Shown here: in pieces, positions 61,573 to 64,000 of the stretch
How positions within the stretch are numbered: position 1 is the stretch's first letter
Layout: the number at the start of each line of letters is the position of its first letter
Source: Podarcis filfolensis
Lineage: Eukaryota
Length of the DNA stretch: 64,000 nt
Strand: one strand, 5' to 3'
Assembly (NCBI GenBank): GCA_964270895.1
Contig: OZ185438.1
Program-made: the position numbers and the translations under genes
The notes under the pieces: model-generated
What the model saw: the letters and a program-made list of their open reading frames with translations, nothing else
Database searches by the model: none
Told to the model about the DNA's origin: nothing

Positions 61573-61775
61573 CCGTGGTTCCCAATGTGGGGCACACGAC
61601 CCATAGGGGGGCAATTTGAGAATGAATTATTAACAGTTAATGGCCTTTTAGGCTTCCTCCACGTGAAAAGGAGTTCACTTTTTGAATGATAAGAATTGTA
61701 TGTCATGGGGGGGGGGCACCAGGATTTTAGAGATGCTTAGGTGCGTAATGGCCAAAAAAAGGTTGGGATCCACTG
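61573..61775. mobile_element. hAT MITE
   Basis: CCGTGGTTCCCAA / TTGGGATCCACTG ends; perfect 8-bp TSD ATCTAGAC. Confidence 0.85.
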
Positions 61776-62087
61776 ATCTAGACAATGCATGCTCCTGATC
61801 TGATTGCATATTCCTAGGTTTAGGTGGATTCTCATTTTCAAGGTGGAAAGTATTCATCCATGTTTTAATTGCAAGGATTGTGTAGACCATGAAATCACTC
61901 CAAATAACCAGTAATAATTCACCTGGAGAAAAAAACAGCATTAAAATCTCAAACAAAGAATATGAGGGAAAGCAATAATTTGAGACCAGTTCAGCAACAA
62001 ATACTTTATTTTAAAAGGAGAACAAGGTTTTCCACCTTAAGTCTAGAATTTAGCATTTTTAAAATCAGTTATTACTAGGATGATGGT

Positions 62088-62201
62088 CATAGAATCATAG
62101 AATCATAGAGTTGGAAGAGACCCAAGGGCCATCGAGTCCAACCCCCTGCCAAGCAGGAAACACCATCAGAGCACTCCTGACATATGGTAGTCAAGCCTCT
62201 G
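62088..62201 (-). mobile_element. CR1 LINE 3' end
   Basis: (CATAGAAT)n octamer tail, then GTTGGAAGAGACCC...GTCCAACCCC. Confidence 0.75.
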
Positions 62202-62233
62202 CGGTGGTGGTATGAAAGCTTAAGTTGTTTATA

Positions 62234-63481
62234 CAGTGGTACCTTGGTTTTCAAACTTAATCTGTTCTGGAAGTCCGTTCCAAAACTAAAGTGTTCCAAA
62301 AGCAAGGTGTGCTTTCCCATAGAAAATAATGCAAAATGGATTAATCCATTTTAGACTTTTAAAAACGACCCCTAAAACAGCAATTTAACATGAATTTTAC
62401 TATTTAATGAGACCATTGATCCCTAAAATGAAAGCAATAAACAATGTACTGCAGTCAATCAATCAATCAGTCAGTAGCTGAACTGGGTTCCACACAGTCA
62501 CACACAAAAAAGAGCCACAAAAATGCAAAATCAATAGCAGAAACAGACAGACCTCAGCGTAACACTTAAAATGGAAGTGTGGCACTCAATTCATCAGCGT
62601 AACACTCAAAACAGCAGTGTGGTTGTGGCGTTCGTACAAAACCCCTGGTCGTTTCATGGACTACAGTGGTACCTTGGGTTACATACGCTTCAGGTTACAA
62701 ATGCTTCAGGTTACAGACTCTGCTAATCCACAAATAGAACTTTGCAGCAGCAGTGGGAGGCCCCATTAGCTAAAGTGGTGCTTCAGGTTAAAAACAGTTT
62801 CAGGTTAAGAACGGACCTCCAGGATGAATTAAGTTCTTAACCCTGTATTGGTACCCCTGTATTGACCTGTACACCAGTGCTTTATTCTTCCGCTGCCACT
62901 AAGCAGGTTTCTTCTGGTAAAATACTGAGTCTCAGTCAGGTTGTAAAGTCAACAACGAAGATTAAAGTTTATTGAAGAACAAGTTTTAAATATATTCAGA
63001 ACGGTTTCTGAAATGCGCGCCCTTAACTAGATGTGGCACTATCTCACACTGTCACACTTTTCTCTCTCAGTTCTATCCCTGTCTCTCACTCCAGCTGTCA
63101 CAACTGCTGTGTTCGTCTTTTACTGGCTTTGTCTGACTCTGACTCCTCTATCTCCCAATGGTAAAACCCCTGGGCTGAGCCTCAAAGCCAGGTAGAGGCT
63201 CCGCCTCTGAGCTTTCTCACTGGTCAATCTACATTAACCATTTCCATCCCCCTGTACAAACAAAATCACAAGGAATGAGCAAAGGCCACATTGGCACTCA
63301 AATCGGAAGTGTAACACTCAAAACGGAAGTGTAGCACTCAAATAGTCAGCCTAACACTCAAAACGGAGCATGTTTGGCTTCCGAAGAAAGTTCGCAAACC
63401 AGAACACTTACTTCCGGGTTTGCAGCATTTGGGTTCCAAGTTGTTTGAGTACCAAAGCGTTTGAGAACCAAGGTACCACTG
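62234..63481. mobile_element. Nested elements: Tigger-type MITE containing a solo LTR (62624-63290), which contains a second Tigger-type MITE (62664-62859)
   Basis: Outer CAGTGGTACCTTGG TIRs with TA TSD; LTR ends TGTGGC / GCCACA with degenerate 5-bp TSD (GTGGT / TTGGC); inner TA-flanked MITE. Confidence 0.65.
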
Positions 63482-63554
63482 TATACATAAGCAATGAATA
63501 GGATCCCTTCCTTCTGCAACTGGAAGAGGGAATTAACACAGAGACACCTCTTGA

Positions 63555-63785
63555 TTACATGGGGAATTTTGCTAAATGCTGTCGTGCTTTGGTGAGACGC
63601 TTGATCTTCTCCTTCAGAGTGTTCCTCACATTGGAAGTATCATACCTCTCCTGAAGGAGAATGTCAAACTGATCTTTGTTTTGCAAGAGTTGCAGCATTG
63701 CATTTTGTAATTTGTCAGCATAATCCTGGAGAACATATGTCCGAATAATCATGGGAATTTGGGTTCCAAGACGGGTTCCTGCGCT
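63555..63785 (-). CDS. MX1: Last exon (GED / BSE helix 3) of a second, upstream Mx gene
   Basis: Acceptor TGTTTGCAG|; SAGTRLGTQIPMIIRTYVLQDYADKLQNAMLQLLQNKDQFDILLQERYDTSNVRNTLKEKIKRLTKARQHLAKFPM-stop; 231 nt. The rest of the gene lies beyond the window. Confidence 0.93.
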   Translation of the reverse strand, partial: SAGTRLGTQIPMIIRTYVLQDYADKLQNAMLQLLQNKDQFDILLQERYDTSNVRNTLKEKIKRLTKARQHLAKFPM

Positions 63786-64000
63786 CTGCAAACAGAATAA
63801 GAGTTTGGGTTTTTAGACTGATTAACAGACGGACAAAACCAGGAAGGTAGCATTATCAAAAGACTATCATTACAACAGGTCATCCACTTAAACATAGGTC
63901 ACTGGAAGAAGGCTTAAATCACTCCCACTAACAATCAATCCAAAGAGGAGGGATAATGGGGCCTTATTTATTTCACAAATTGGTTTGGTTCTCTTGTTTC

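Noticed and set aside
63555-63785. Idea that this GED exon belongs to the truncated gene
   Set aside because: It lies upstream of that gene's promoter in transcription direction, so it must belong to another copy unless the assembly is misordered.

Overview
Vertebrate genomic DNA, most likely a lacertid lizard (inferred from Sauria SINE, POMU/Squam1-like SINE and BovB content). One assembly gap lies at 4638-4776. Bases 1-21800 are intergenic and rich in transposable elements. Bases ~21850-46450 hold a complete TMPRSS2 on the + strand: CpG-island promoter, 13 coding exons I joined by hand into a 1470-nt ORF (489 aa), intact His/Asp/Ser triad. Two tandem Mx (dynamin-like, interferon-induced GTPase) genes lie on the - strand, tail-to-tail with TMPRSS2. 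For the upstream copy, only the last GED exon is inside the window (63555-63785). The TMPRSS2-proximal copy has an ISRE promoter, 8 in-frame coding exons and all four GTPase motifs. Its Mx homology stops abruptly inside the 8th coding exon, where it gains a 16-aa non-Mx tail, a stop codon and a well-formed poly(A) site. It predicts a 398-aa (or 426-aa) stalk-less, GED-less Mx, which is the main candidate novelty. Secondary findings: a hAT element carrying what looks like a captured signal-peptide first exon, a 1.7-kb internally deleted L1 retroposed as a unit, and nested elements that may supply the upstream Mx poly(A) site. All calls come from manual reading; no database searches were run.
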